This document shows positions 11,144 to 21,941 of a stretch of 64,000 nucleotides of DNA, piece by piece. Numbering within the stretch: the first letter of the stretch is position 1; each line of letters opens with the position of its first letter. The notes under the pieces were generated by a model. The model saw only the letters and a list, made by a program, of their open reading frames with translations. It was not told where the DNA came from and did not search any database. Origin of the DNA: an uncultured Acidobacteriota bacterium (GTDB taxonomy: Bacteria; Acidobacteriota; Thermoanaerobaculia; Gp7-AA8; CAVUJZ01); the NCBI GenBank assembly GCA_963741905.1, contig CAVUJZ010000006.1, positions 20,151 to 84,150 on the forward strand, read 5' to 3'. The translations under genes were made by a program, and so were the position numbers.

Positions 11144-11773
11144 TCAGAACAGCGCAGAGACCAGCGCCAGGATTCCGAGGATCACCACGAATCCCATCGA
11201 GATCCAGAATGCCCGAACCGTCTGCTTGTGGATCATCACCGGCTCTCTCCGCTCCCCGATCAGATAGCGGAAGTAGTCCACCCGTGGCCTGACCGGACTG
11301 ACCCGGCCATCGACGTTCGGGTAGATCACCTGATTGATCTCCGGCACCATGATGATGGGAATGATCACCGCGCCGCCGGCCGTGGAGACGAACTTCTCCA
11401 GACTGGCGGCATGTGGCATTCCGGTCTCGGCGATGATGCAGACATAGACCGTGGTGGTCTGAAACACCGACAGCGCCTTCTGGCCCTTGCTCCGGGCGCG
11501 GAACAGGTTGGCCTGACTCTCCACCGCCTGGGAGAGGATCTTCTCGTCCAGCCGCGGGTAGTTGATCAGGATGATCACGGTTTCGCCGCGGGCGAACAGA
11601 ACCTGTTCCTCGCGGTGATAGACCTCTTCACCGAACGCCTGCCAGTCCTCGTCCTCGTGCATCGAGGAGAAGCCCTCGGAGTCGAGCACGTCGAGCAGTC
11701 TGGAGACCGGACTGCTCTGCGCGGTGGACTCGGCGTTGGGGGTGGCTTTAGCTCTTTGCATGGGCATCGACAA
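11144..11773 (-). CDS. Hypothetical protein (209 aa) with a C-terminal transmembrane anchor.
   Basis: ORF with a C-terminal hydrophobic helix (ISMGFVVILGILALVSALF). No recognisable family. Lies between the receiver gene and the ClpX-like gene on the same strand. Confidence 0.5.
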   Translation of the reverse strand: MSMPMQRAKATPNAESTAQSSPVSRLLDVLDSEGFSSMHEDEDWQAFGEEVYHREEQVLFARGETVIILINYPRLDEKILSQAVESQANLFRARSKGQKALSVFQTTTVYVCIIAETGMPHAASLEKFVSTAGGAVIIPIIMVPEINQVIYPNVDGRVSPVRPRVDYFRYLIGERREPVMIHKQTVRAFWISMGFVVILGILALVSALF

Positions 11774-12104
11774 TCCGGATCAGGTCGTCGAATTCAAAAG
11801 GTTTGCCGAGATGACCATCCGCGCCACAGGCCTTCGCCTTGTCCGCCACATCCCGGTCCCCCGACACGACGATGAAGGGGATCCCTCGAGTCGATTCGTC
11901 TTTCTTCAGTGAGGCACAGAGAGCTTCGCCATTCATCCCCTGGAGGGTCAGGTCGGCGAAGATCAACTCCGGAACCGGATCGATCTTCACCCGCTCCAGG
12001 GCCTGCCGGCCATCAGGCACGATCTCACCCTCCCGGCCGTTTCTCTGGAGCACCAGAGCAATCAGCCTCGCCACCTGGGGGTCGTCTTCCACGATCAGAA
12101 TCAA
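11748..12104 (-). CDS. Single-domain CheY-like response regulator receiver.
   Basis: MILIVEDDPQVARL..., phospho-acceptor D in IFADLTLQGMNG, conserved K in GHLGKPF. 118 aa. Confidence 0.8.
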   Translation of the reverse strand: MILIVEDDPQVARLIALVLQRNGREGEIVPDGRQALERVKIDPVPELIFADLTLQGMNGEALCASLKKDESTRGIPFIVVSGDRDVADKAKACGADGHLGKPFEFDDLIRIVDAHAKS

Positions 12105-12115
12105 CGTCGTCTCTC

Positions 12116-12595
12116 CTATTCGAACGCGAAACGGATCCGCTTGCGCAGATGCCCGAGCAGCGCGCCCGCGACGGCACCGGCTCCGTTCCAGATCACATCA
12201 TTGATGTCCGTCACCCGGGTCGGGAGAAAATACTGCCACGCCTCCACGAATGCACTCAACCCCAGTGCCAGAATCAGGGTGATCAGATACGACTGATACG
12301 CCGGGCGATCGGGTGAATCCAACAGCAGGAACAGCAGAAACCCCCACGGCAGAAACAGCAGCGTGTTCAGGAGCATCGGCATGACCAGAGCGACGAGAAT
12401 CGGCATCGCCACATGCCCTTCGCTGAATTTCTGGTAAAGCAGACGCACCTCCCGGAACGGTACCGGATCGACCTTCTTGTAGGTCTTCCCCGACAGTGAG
12501 ATGGTCATCGAGAACATGCTCAGGGTCACCAGCAGCAGAAGCAGAAACGTGACCCGCTTCCGTACGACGACTGTTCTCTGATCCCTTCCGGCCAT
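12116..12595 (-). CDS. VanZ-family membrane protein.
   Basis: Four TM segments. VanZ-like motifs (EAWQYFLPTRVTDINDVIWNGAGAVAGALLG). Confidence 0.7.
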   Translation of the reverse strand: MAGRDQRTVVVRKRVTFLLLLLVTLSMFSMTISLSGKTYKKVDPVPFREVRLLYQKFSEGHVAMPILVALVMPMLLNTLLFLPWGFLLFLLLDSPDRPAYQSYLITLILALGLSAFVEAWQYFLPTRVTDINDVIWNGAGAVAGALLGHLRKRIRFAFE

Positions 12596-12715
12596 GGATG
12601 TTCATTATGGAACGTTTCCGACGGGCTGCCTATGCAAGAGAGGTGTCAGCAGCGAATCGGGAGCGCGGAGTGGACGGATCAGCCCGGCGATTTCCCTCTA
12701 TAATCGGGGTCCTGG

Positions 12716-15700
12716 ATGTCTTCCGGTTCCCTCACCATTCACGGACACTACCGCGATCTCGCCCCGGCCGTCGCCGAGCGGATTCTCCGGGCCCGGAGCG
12801 CCCCAGACTCTCCGTTCTCCATGCCTCTGGAGCTGACCGTCGCCTCCCGCGGTCTCGGAGAACAGGTGGCCGATGCGTTTCTGCAGCGGGCTCCCGGGGG
12901 CATCGCCGGGCTGCGGATCCAGAGTCTGGAGACTCTCGCGCGGCGCATCGTCAACCGCTCCGGCGCCTTTCCGGCCGTCGCCTCCGACGCCGAACAGCGC
13001 CTGCTCCTGTCGCTCGCCGCCCGCTCGGTCCGCGATCCCCTGATGGAGACGCCCGGCATTGCCGCCCTCCTCCACCGCACGTGGAGAGATCTCCGGAGAC
13101 AGCGACCTCATCCTCTCCCGGTTCCGCGATTCGATCTCCCGTCTCCAGCCCGGCTCCAGACCGAGAAAGGAGCTGCTCGCCCGCGTCTGGTCCGCGTTTC
13201 AGTCGCGGATGCGAGAAGCCGGCCTGACCGACCCGGCGGATCTGATCGACGATGCGGTCCGTCTCCTGCGGGACGGCGCGGAGATCCAACACCAGATCAT
13301 CGCCGGGTTCTACGACACCACCGGCGTGCAGCAGAAACTGATCGACGCCCTGGCCGAGGCGGGAAAGATCGACTGCATCGCCATCCCGGTTCCTCTCGAC
13401 GGGGAAACGCCGGGCGCGGCGTTCGCCTCACGATTCAGCCGTCGCGCGATCGAGATCACCGGCGGTGCAGCCGAGGCCGCCCCGGGCGCCCCCAGAGCTC
13501 CGGAGGTGGTGATCCAGCGGGAAACGACACGCAGTCGCGAGATCGAGGAGATCTGCCGCCGGATCGCCGGACTGATCGCCGCGGGCACGGATCCCGGCTC
13601 GATTGCAATCGTGTTCCGGAATGGGTCGCCCGACCTCGATGCGCTTGTCCGCCATCATGCCCGGAACTTTGGATTCCAGGTTCCGGCTGCATCCCACCCG
13701 CTCGCCGCTCACCGGGTCGTCCGGGCAATGCTCCTCCTCCCGGAACTACGGGAGCGGCACTACCCGCGACGGGACGTGCTGGAAATCCTCTACAGCGGAT
13801 ACCGTCCATCCTCCGGCCCGATTCGTCGCGACGATCTCGAGGAGATCGACCGGATCACCCGAAAACACCAGATCCCTGGCGGCTCGGCCGAAGAGATTCG
13901 CGCAATCCTTCCCCGGATCCGGAACGAGAAGGCCGAGGACGAGCCGGTGGTGCTTCGCTATCTCGGGATCGTGGAGGATCTCGAGGCTCTCCAGATTCCC
14001 CGCACCGAGGGCGCCACCGGCAGACACTGGGCGGCATCGATGGAAAAGATCGCCGGACGATTTCGCCCGGAGACCGCGGCCGATCTCGCCGTCTTCGATG
14101 CTCTCGACACGATCGGCGATACGCTCCGGAGGCTCGACCTTCCGGGTGCCCGCCTCGATCTGCGTGATGTCTCCACCCTGATTCATGCATCCGGCGAGAT
14201 TGCGGGCGAGGCTCCGGATCATCCGATCTGGATCGGCGACGTGATGCGACTCCGCGGCCGCACCTTCGATCACCTCTTCCTTGCCGCGGTCGAGGAAGAC
14301 CTCTTCCCGCAGCGGCGGACACCCGACGCGCTCCTGCCTGACCCCGAACGCCGGACAATCGGCGTTCACGAGGTGGGCGACGGCCTCGAGGAGGAACATC
14401 TGCTCCTCGATCTCACCCTTGGCGCGGCCCGCACCAGGGCGCACGTGTCGTTCGCCGCGGCGGATGCCGCCGGAAGACCGCGGCGCCCGTCGCATCTGCT
14501 CAAGGCTCTCGCCGGCCGGCTGGATCCGGACCATGCGGTCGAGATCAACGGTGGCTTCGAGGAGTGGCTTTCCCGGCACCGTCCCGCTCCGGCTGAAGCC
14601 CGCTCCCGCGGAGAAGACGCGGCAGAACGCCTGCTCGCCGCCGACCTGCAGCCCGGCATGGTCTCCCCGGCCATGCTTCGGCGCCTCCAGATGATGATCT
14701 CCACCGGGACCCGTTCGAACCGCGACGGGTATCTCACGGTCACCCCGGAGATCACCCAGGCGCTGACCGACCGGCTGACCCGCAGCATTTCGCCCACCCA
14801 TCTCGAAGACTACGGCGAGTGCCCCCAGCGGTTCCTGTTCAAGAGGATCCTGCGGATCCGCGAAGTGGAGGATCCCGATCACGAGCTGGAGATCGAGCCA
14901 CGGAGACGAGGTTCTCTGCGCCACCGGATCCTGGAGCGGTTCTATCAATCCCTCGAGGACCACGAGATTGCCGGCAGCGCAGAGAGGCGTTCGCTCCCCG
15001 ATCCGCTTCGGGAACGGCTGAGCCGGGTCATCGACGAGCAGTTCGTCATTCACGATCGGGAGTTTCCGCCGTGGAACCGGCTGATCCGGGAGATCGAGAG
15101 AAAGGCGACCCATCGGATTCTCGAGCGCTTCGTCGCCGAGGATCTTTCGGATCTCGACGAGAACGACCTTCGTCCGCGTCATTTCGAGCTCCGCTTCGGG
15201 GCGTGGAGCGAGCAGGACGATCCGGTCCCTCTGGAGATCGGCGGCGTGTCCATGTCCATTCGTGGATCCATCGACCGGGTGGATCAGCATCGGGACGAGA
15301 CGCGGTACCGGATCGTCGACTACAAATCCGGAGCGGCGGGGCACCTCGATCAACTGGAGCAGAAGATCGCCACGGGGCACGCCCTGCAGCTCCCGCTCTA
15401 CGCCATCGTCGCGGCCGGATTGTTCGACGTTCCCGACAGCAGCATCTCCGCGGTGATCAAGCCTCTCCAGCGGAAGCAGAAGCTCGAGCGGTTCGGATTC
15501 GAATTGAGTGATGCCAGAGCCAACCTCGACCGGATCCTGACCCTTTTCGTGGACGAGATCCGCCGGGGGACCTTTCCCGCCTTCCCTTCCGATGAAGTCT
15601 GCCGCTTCTGTCCGGTTCAGGAGTTCTGCCGGACCCGCCACGATCCGGTCGAGCGCTATGCCATGGAACGTTATGCCAACGCTCTGGACCTGCTGGGAGG

Positions 15701-15719
15701 ACTCGATGGCGAAGAATAG
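12716..15719 (+). CDS. addB: Helicase-nuclease AddAB subunit B-like (about 1000 aa). No Walker A. C-terminal PD-(D/E)XK nuclease plus Fe-S cysteines. Frameshift near 13080.
   Basis: C-terminus has RIVDYKSG (nuclease) and CRFCPVQEFC (Fe-S cluster Cys). The N-terminal ORF 12716-14167 and main ORF 13059-15719 overlap in different frames. Stop overlaps the addA start. Confidence 0.75.
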
Positions 15720-18700
15720 CTCGGAGCTGCAGACCGCCTTCTCCTTCCAGGCCCGGCCGGAGCGTCCGAGCATCATTCTCGAAGCCGGTGCCGGAACCGG
15801 AAAGACGACCGAGATCGTCCGCAGGGTCCTGACCCTGCTGCTCGACGAGCCCGATCTCGATCCCTCCTGCATCGTGCTGATGACCTTCACCGAGAAGGCT
15901 GCGGGCGAGATCGAGGACCGAATCCGCGAAGGGCTGAGCGCGCTTCACTCCGGCTTTGCGGAGGGGCGACCCGGCTGGTACGACCGCCGGGGACGGCGGA
16001 TCCTCGAGGTCCCCGCCGACCGGCTCGCGTCATGGGAGGCCGCCAGCGCCATCCAGATGGGTCGCCTGGACCGCATTCACTCCCAGACCATTCACTCGTT
16101 CTGTCAGACGCTGCTTCGGCTCGCACCGCTGGAAGCCGGAATCGATCCGCAGTTCCGGATCGTCGAAGGCTTCGAGCGGCAGCGGCTGTACAACGAGATC
16201 TACGACCGTTGGACCGACCACGAGACCCGAGCGGGAGCACCGGAGCCACAACGGGATCAATGGGCCCTGATGTACGAGCAGCTCGGCAGCCTCGACCGGC
16301 TTCGCGCGGTCCTGTTCGAGCTCCTGCCGAAACGCGATCTGGTCACCGATTCGCGCTATTCGCTCGGCGACACCGCCGGGATCGTCGATCTCCTCCACCA
16401 GGCGCATCAGAGTCTCCGGGAGCTCGACCGCGAGATCCTGGAGTCCCTCGAGGAGGAGCCCAGCCGGCGCTTCGCCCTCTACCTTGCCGAGACGCCTCCA
16501 CCCGAGGCCGCGGGAGTCGAGGAGTTGCTGGAGTGGCTCGCTCCTCTTCGCGACGTCATCCCGTACCTCTCGCTACGAAAAGGGCCGCGGGCGGTGAACA
16601 AGGCCCTCCGCCTGGTCCATAACTCTCAATGGAAGCGGTCGATCATCGAGCTTCTGGAGGAACATCGCGCCGCCACCGTATTGAGGGAGATGGGGATCCG
16701 GTTCTTTCGCTTCCTCGATCAGGAGAAGGCAGCTCGTGGCGTTCTCGATTTCGATGATCTGCTGTTTCGAACACGGGATCTGCTCCGGAACTCCGCGGTC
16801 CTCGCGGATGCACGGAAGCGCTATCGATTTTTGTTCGTCGACGAATTTCAGGACACCGACCGGGTGCAGGCGGAGATCGTGCGGCTCCTGGCGACCGACC
16901 GGGAAGGCCACCTCGTCGCAGGGCGGACCGTCCTGGTGGGCGATCCGAAACAGGCAATCTACTCCTTTCGCCGGGCGGACCCGCAGATGTACGCCGCCAC
17001 GGTGAATGATTTCCGCAGAGAAGGAGCCGCGCTGGAGTACCTCGATCATCAGTACCGAAGCGATCCGGCACTGGTCCGGGATCTGAACGAGATTTTCGTT
17101 CGCGTGTTCGGAGAAGTGCACGCGGAGGATGGGCCGTCCGCCCAGGACCGGGTCCTGTTCCAGCCGCGTTACAAGAAGCTCAAGGCCGCGGGAGCCGGCG
17201 AGGATGGCGATCACCCGCGGATCCGGTTCCTGCGCGCCGAACGGGGAGACGCTCCGGGTCCGGCCGTCGCGGAGGCTCGTGCGATCGCTGCGTGGCTGCA
17301 CGCGGAGGAACCGGACGGCACCGGTTTCGGCCGGTACGCGATTCTCCTCAGGCGTCTGACCCGGGTCGCGGACTACGTGGACACGCTCGAGCGGGCCGGC
17401 ATCCCGGTCGTGCTCGCGCCCACCGCGGGGCTTCTCGAACAACCCGCGGTGGTCGATCTGGTCACGGTACTTCGCGCTGTCGCCTGGCCCTTCGATCAGG
17501 CCGCACGCCTCTCCGCCGCACGATCCTCCGTTTTCGCCCTGACCGACGACGAGATTCTGGTCCACCACCTGCGACTCACCCACGCGGAGCCCTGTTCCTT
17601 CGACGCCTTCCACCAGACCCTGTCGCGATGGAGACGACTCGCCCGGCACGAACCGATCGAACGGATGATCGAGACGATTCTTCGGGAGAGCGGACTGGAG
17701 ACGCTCTGGCGTACGGTACGGGGCGGCGATCGGGCCCTCGGGCATGTCGAGCGTCTGCTGCAGATCGCCGCGGAATACGACCGGGACATCGGCGGCAGTC
17801 TCCGCCAGTTCGTCGACGAGCTTTCCCGCCGGCGGCAGGGCGCCGCCGAGATGGAAAGCCCGGCGATCGAAGAACCGGCCAACGCGGTCCGGATCCTCAC
17901 CGTTCACGGCTCCAAGGGACTGGAGTTCGATCGGGTGATCCTCCCGGATCTCTCTCCCGGCGTGGGGCAGGACGTGCTGAAGTTCTCCGCCGTCGACGAG
18001 GCGGATGCGATCGTCTTCACCGGCACGCTCAATTCTCTTTCAGCACGGTTCAGCGTGGTGGAGGGACTGACGCTGAAGGAAGTGGTGAAGAGCCGCGAGG
18101 ACGCCGAGGACAAGCGACTGTTTTACGTCGCCGTCACCCGCGCCCGATCCGATGTCCTCTTCGTCTGCGGTGACCGCCCGAAGAATACCGGCTTCTGGAG
18201 CACCCTGAAGGAACACCTCTCGCTTCCGCAGGACATGACCGAGCTCTGGCCATCGACCGAGGAGGGTCCGGTGGTCCGCAACCTGCCGGAGGAGAACGGA
18301 GTGATTCGCGCCACGTTCCTTCCCTCTCACCCACCGGTCGACGACACGCGTTCGAGCTCGCGACTGCTGTCGGACCATCTCGAAGCGATCGTGGCTTCAG
18401 CGGCTCTCTCGTCGTCGACCGAACTGGTCGAGATGCTGGAAGAGGCACCGGAGCGGTTGGCCACGGAAGAGATCTTCCGCGCACGAGCGGGTGGCCGAAA
18501 CCGCAAACCGGGCATTCTCCTGCATCGGGTTCTGGAGGTGTGGGATGGCTCGCCCGACGCGCTTCCAGAGCTGATTTCACGGCTTGCGCTGGAGACCGGC
18601 GTCGCGCCCGATCAGATGGAGCCCGTCCGGCGCCGGATGCAGCGGCTCCTCGGGGGCGAGAATCTGGAATGGCTGATCGGTGCCGAAACCGTCGGCCGGG

Positions 18701-18969
18701 AGCTCCCCATCCACTACCTTCGCGACGGACGGAGGGTAGAGGGAAGAATCGATCGTCTGGTCAGGCGCGAAGGACGCCTGATCGTCATCGACTACAAGAC
18801 GGGACGCCCCGACGGGGAGCGGCTCGAGCGCGATCGCGATCAGGTGCGAGCCTACTGCGAGGCGGTTCAGCAGATCAGCGGCGAACCGTGTGACGGAAGA
18901 CTCTGGTATCTCGATCTCGAGCGGGATCAGATGATCGGCCTCGAATCCGCACCCGCGGAAAGCTCATGA
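15704..18969 (+). CDS. addA: Helicase-nuclease AddAB subunit A (UvrD/PcrA-type superfamily-1 helicase with C-terminal RecB-like nuclease).
   Basis: Walker A AGTGKTT. UvrD-like motifs (FVDEFQDTD, VGDPKQAIYSFRRAD, VHGSKGLEFD). C-terminal nuclease motif IDYKTGR. ATG at 15704 overlaps the addB stop. Confidence 0.85.
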
Positions 18970-19529
18970 ACTTCCTCGCCCACTTCTATCTCTCCGCGGA
19001 GACTGAAGAGATGATCGTCGGAAGCTTTCTCGGCGACTTTCACAAGGGCCCGGTGGACAAGGCTCCGGAACCCTATCGCGAAGGGGTGGCGCTGCATCGG
19101 CGAATCGACGAACGGACCGATACCCACCCGGCGTGGAGACGCAGCCGGAGCCTGCTGGCGAAGGACTGCGGGCACTACGCGCCGATCGTCACGGACGTCT
19201 TCTACGACTACTTTCTCGCTTCGCGATGGCCCCACTATTCCTCCGAGCCTCTCGAAGCGTTTGCCACCCGCGTCTATCAGGCACTCGACAGTCACGCCAG
19301 CACCATGGCTGAGCTTCCGCGGTACGTCGCCGCGAGGATGCGCGACCTCGACTGGCTGACCAGCTACCAGGAGATCGAGGGGATCCGGATCGCCCTGGAG
19401 CGAATGTCCGGACGCCTCAGGCACCCCTATCCGCTTCACTCGACCGTTCCTCTTCTCGAAACGCACGAGGACGAGCTGCGACGGGATTTCGAAGAGCTGT
19501 TCGCCGACCTGCGCCGAATGCGCGACTGA
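18966..19529 (+). CDS. acpH: Acyl carrier protein phosphodiesterase (AcpH family).
   Basis: MNFLAHFYLS... N-terminus and conserved HRRID motif, as in AcpH. Start ATGA overlaps the addA stop. Confidence 0.7.
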   Translation: MNFLAHFYLSAETEEMIVGSFLGDFHKGPVDKAPEPYREGVALHRRIDERTDTHPAWRRSRSLLAKDCGHYAPIVTDVFYDYFLASRWPHYSSEPLEAFATRVYQALDSHASTMAELPRYVAARMRDLDWLTSYQEIEGIRIALERMSGRLRHPYPLHSTVPLLETHEDELRRDFEELFADLRRMRD

Positions 19530-19630
19530 GCGGTGATGATCCACTCCGGCAAACCGGCCACTCATGCCGACCTTTCCTGGCGCAAGGATCCGGGCCCAAC
19601 GATGAACTCGACCGAAACGTCGTGTTCAAG

Positions 19631-19683
19631 CCGGCACGTCGCCGCGAGGATGCGCGACCACGACTGGTTGAACAGCTACCGTC
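19631..19683. repeat. Partial direct duplication of the acpH 3' region (copy of 19332-19380).
   Basis: cgtcgccgcgaggatgcgcgaccacgactggttgaacagctacc versus cgtcgccgcgaggatgcgcgacctcgactggctgaccagctacc (VAARMRDxDWLxSY). Confidence 0.6.
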
Positions 19684-19685
19684 GT

Positions 19686-19830
19686 GCCCAGCCCCGAAGG
19701 GGCGACACCTTGTTTAGCCCCGGGCGTAAGCCCGCGGGTCGCGGGTAGCCGACGGTCCTCCGGAGCCCCGAAGGGGCGGAACAACCCCCGCCATGTTCCG
19801 CCCCTCCGGGGCTCCAGTAGAATCCTGGCC
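19686..19830. repeat. Cluster of GC-rich hairpins built on GCCCCGAAGGGGC palindromes, including a REPIN-like doublet at 19763-19815.
   Basis: Three GCCCCGAAGGGGC/GCCCCTCCGGGGC units. The long inverted repeat ggagccccgaaggggcggaaca-N9-tgttccgcccctccggggctcc is visible. Confidence 0.6.
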
Positions 19831-20160
19831 GTCCGCGATCCGGGCCCTCACGGGTCCCGGCTATACAAAGTGCCGCCCTTCGGGCTCTCGCCCTGACCAC
19901 ATGTGGCGCGGTCGATTCTCTGATCATGTTGTCGAGCTGTGTCGCGGCTGGAGAGCCAATGCAGACTCTCTTATCCGTTTCGTCACCGTTCGTCGACCGC
20001 CTGGCGACTTCACTAGAGACAAACGGCGCAATACTGGACTATCGCCAGTTTTCGATCGACGACAGGCCGTGTCCAACAGACAGGAGCGCGGAGTGGTGGG
20101 ACGACCACCGGCAGCTCAAACCTCCGCGGCCCCGGAAGGAGGAGGTCATGTTCGAGACAA

Positions 20161-20907
20161 GTGCTGTCGAATCGAGACGATCCGAGAGAGGGGCGGGATG
20201 TCCTCACGTTCCCCTTGTCCGTCGCCCTGCACGGCGCGGTCATCACCGCGGCCATTCTGGCCACCACCTGGGGAGTGGCGCTGCCCGCCAGCTCACCCGC
20301 TCAGACGCGCGCGTACTACCCCGCGGCTCCCAGACCACCACTCTCTCGCGGTGGTCCCGCACCGGAAAGTCGCCCCCCGGCCGATCCGCCGTCGCACGCT
20401 GCGAGCCAGCCCGCGATCCCGCGGGACGCCGCACCTGCAGTGGTCCCGGACCAGATCGCGGAGTCACCCCTCCCGCCGACCACCGACCACCGACTCGGCG
20501 AGGTGACCGGAGGAGACGATTCCGGCTCGGGGACGACCGGCGATCCGAATGGCGATCCCTTCGGCGTGGATGGCGGCTTCAGCCTCGATCCGCAGCCGCC
20601 TCCAGAGCTCCGGATCCATGAGGCCGGCGGAGACGTGAAGGCGCCGGTCGTGAGCTTCAGGGTCGAGCCCGACTATCCACACCTTGCGCAGGTGATGCAT
20701 CTGCAGGGCGTGGTCGTCATCCGGGCGATCATCGATCACAACGGTCAATTGCGCGATCTTCAGGTTCTCGGAAGCCCGCCGGACGTACTCGCGGAAGCCG
20801 CTCTCGCCGCGGTGCGCCAATGGAGGTTCCGGCCCGGGACACTGAACGGCGCCCCGGTGGACGTCGCGTTCAACCTCACCGTCGCGTTCCGGATGACTCG
20901 ACACTGA
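20161..20907 (+). CDS. tonB: TonB-family energy transducer (N-terminal TM anchor, Pro-rich spacer, TonB C-terminal domain). Start uncertain (GTG 20161, or ATG 20148 in another frame).
   Basis: PLSVALHGAVITAAIL matches the TonB signal-anchor region (E. coli LLSVCIHGAVVAGLL). Pro-rich segment present. C-terminal VSFRVEPDYP...GVVVIRAIIDHNGQL...AAVRQWRFRPG is a TonB_C fold. Confidence 0.7.
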   Translation: MLSNRDDPREGRDVLTFPLSVALHGAVITAAILATTWGVALPASSPAQTRAYYPAAPRPPLSRGGPAPESRPPADPPSHAASQPAIPRDAAPAVVPDQIAESPLPPTTDHRLGEVTGGDDSGSGTTGDPNGDPFGVDGGFSLDPQPPPELRIHEAGGDVKAPVVSFRVEPDYPHLAQVMHLQGVVVIRAIIDHNGQLRDLQVLGSPPDVLAEAALAAVRQWRFRPGTLNGAPVDVAFNLTVAFRMTRH

Positions 20908-20972
20908 CGCGAGGGGCCGGGAGTCTTCTCCCGGCCCCTCCCTTCTCCGGTACAATCCCGGCCGTGGAAGCC

Positions 20973-21641
20973 ATGCCCCTCTTTGCCCGGATCACGGTCC
21001 TGTCGTTCATCACCCTGATCACCCTGGTCAATCCGCTCGGACTGATCCCGTCGTATCTCGCTCTGACCGACGGTCCGATGCGGTCCGTCCGGCGGAAGGT
21101 CGCCCTGTTCGCTGCCATCTCGACGGTCATCGTGCTGGCGGTGTTTCTGCTTGCGGGGGATTATCTTTTCCGATTCTTCGGGATCACGCTCGAGTCGTTC
21201 CAGGTGATGGGAGGAATCCTCTTTCTGACCCGGGCGCTTCGCTATCTGCTCGAGGAAGATCATCGTTACGACCCGGTGGTGCCGACCTGGGACGAAGAGG
21301 TAGGACCTGTCCCGCCGGCACGCACGGCCGCGGTCGATCCGCTCTCGATTGCCATCGTCCCGATCGCCATTCCGATGCTCTCCGGCCCCGGAGCGATCAG
21401 CTCGGTGATGGTCCTGGTCAATCTGTACAGGGGGATGGAAGGACGCCTGGCCATCCTTACGGCGATCGTCCTGGTCGGAGTGGTCTCCTGGCTGGCGATG
21501 CTCGCCGCGGTTCCCGTATCCCACCTGATCGGACAGCGAGGTCAGGCGGTGTTCGCGAAAGTGATGGCGCTGCTTCTCGGTGCGATCGGAGTCCAGTTCA
21601 TCCTCAATGGCCTGACCCCGTTTCTCAAGACTCTCCACTGA
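20973..21641 (+). CDS. MarC-family (UPF0056/NAAT) integral membrane protein.
   Basis: MPLFARITVLSFITLITLVNPLGLIPSYLAL N-terminus typical of MarC. Six TM helices. Confidence 0.75.
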   Translation: MPLFARITVLSFITLITLVNPLGLIPSYLALTDGPMRSVRRKVALFAAISTVIVLAVFLLAGDYLFRFFGITLESFQVMGGILFLTRALRYLLEEDHRYDPVVPTWDEEVGPVPPARTAAVDPLSIAIVPIAIPMLSGPGAISSVMVLVNLYRGMEGRLAILTAIVLVGVVSWLAMLAAVPVSHLIGQRGQAVFAKVMALLLGAIGVQFILNGLTPFLKTLH

Positions 21642-21702
21642 GCGGGAGCCGCCTGAAGGGACCATGGCGTTCTGCTATTTTCCCACCATTGGGAGGCGGC
21701 CA

Positions 21703-21874
21703 TTGTCATGTCTCGCGGGCGGTGGGGCGGGCATGCGAGACATCTCACCCGATGCGACAACAAACCTCCAGGCGAAGAAGCGTGCGGTTGGGACGGTTCT
21801 CCAGCAGAACGGTCCTTTTCGCATCGGGGGAGGTCCCTCGCCTGCCCTTCCGCCCACCCGCTCGGGACGACAAT
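21703..21874. repeat. Single copy of the ~170-bp REPIN-like hairpin element (opposite orientation to the 8031 copies).
   Basis: tgtcatgtctcgcgggcgg...ccgcccacccgctcgggacgacaa, with the same internal arms as the other loci. Confidence 0.8.
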
Positions 21875-21941
21875 GACGATCGTTGTCGCGAGACACAAGC
21901 GGGCGCACCAGAACACCGTCTCACAGATCACCCTCTCGATC

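Noticed and set aside
19686-20160. Possible tmRNA, RNase P RNA or cobalamin riboswitch in the structured region upstream of tonB.
   Set aside because: No tmRNA 5' GGGG...TTCGAC or tag reading frame. No RNase P conserved blocks (GGAAAGTCCGGGCT, ACAGAACCCGGCTTA). No B12 box (GCCACTG). Left as unassigned hairpins.
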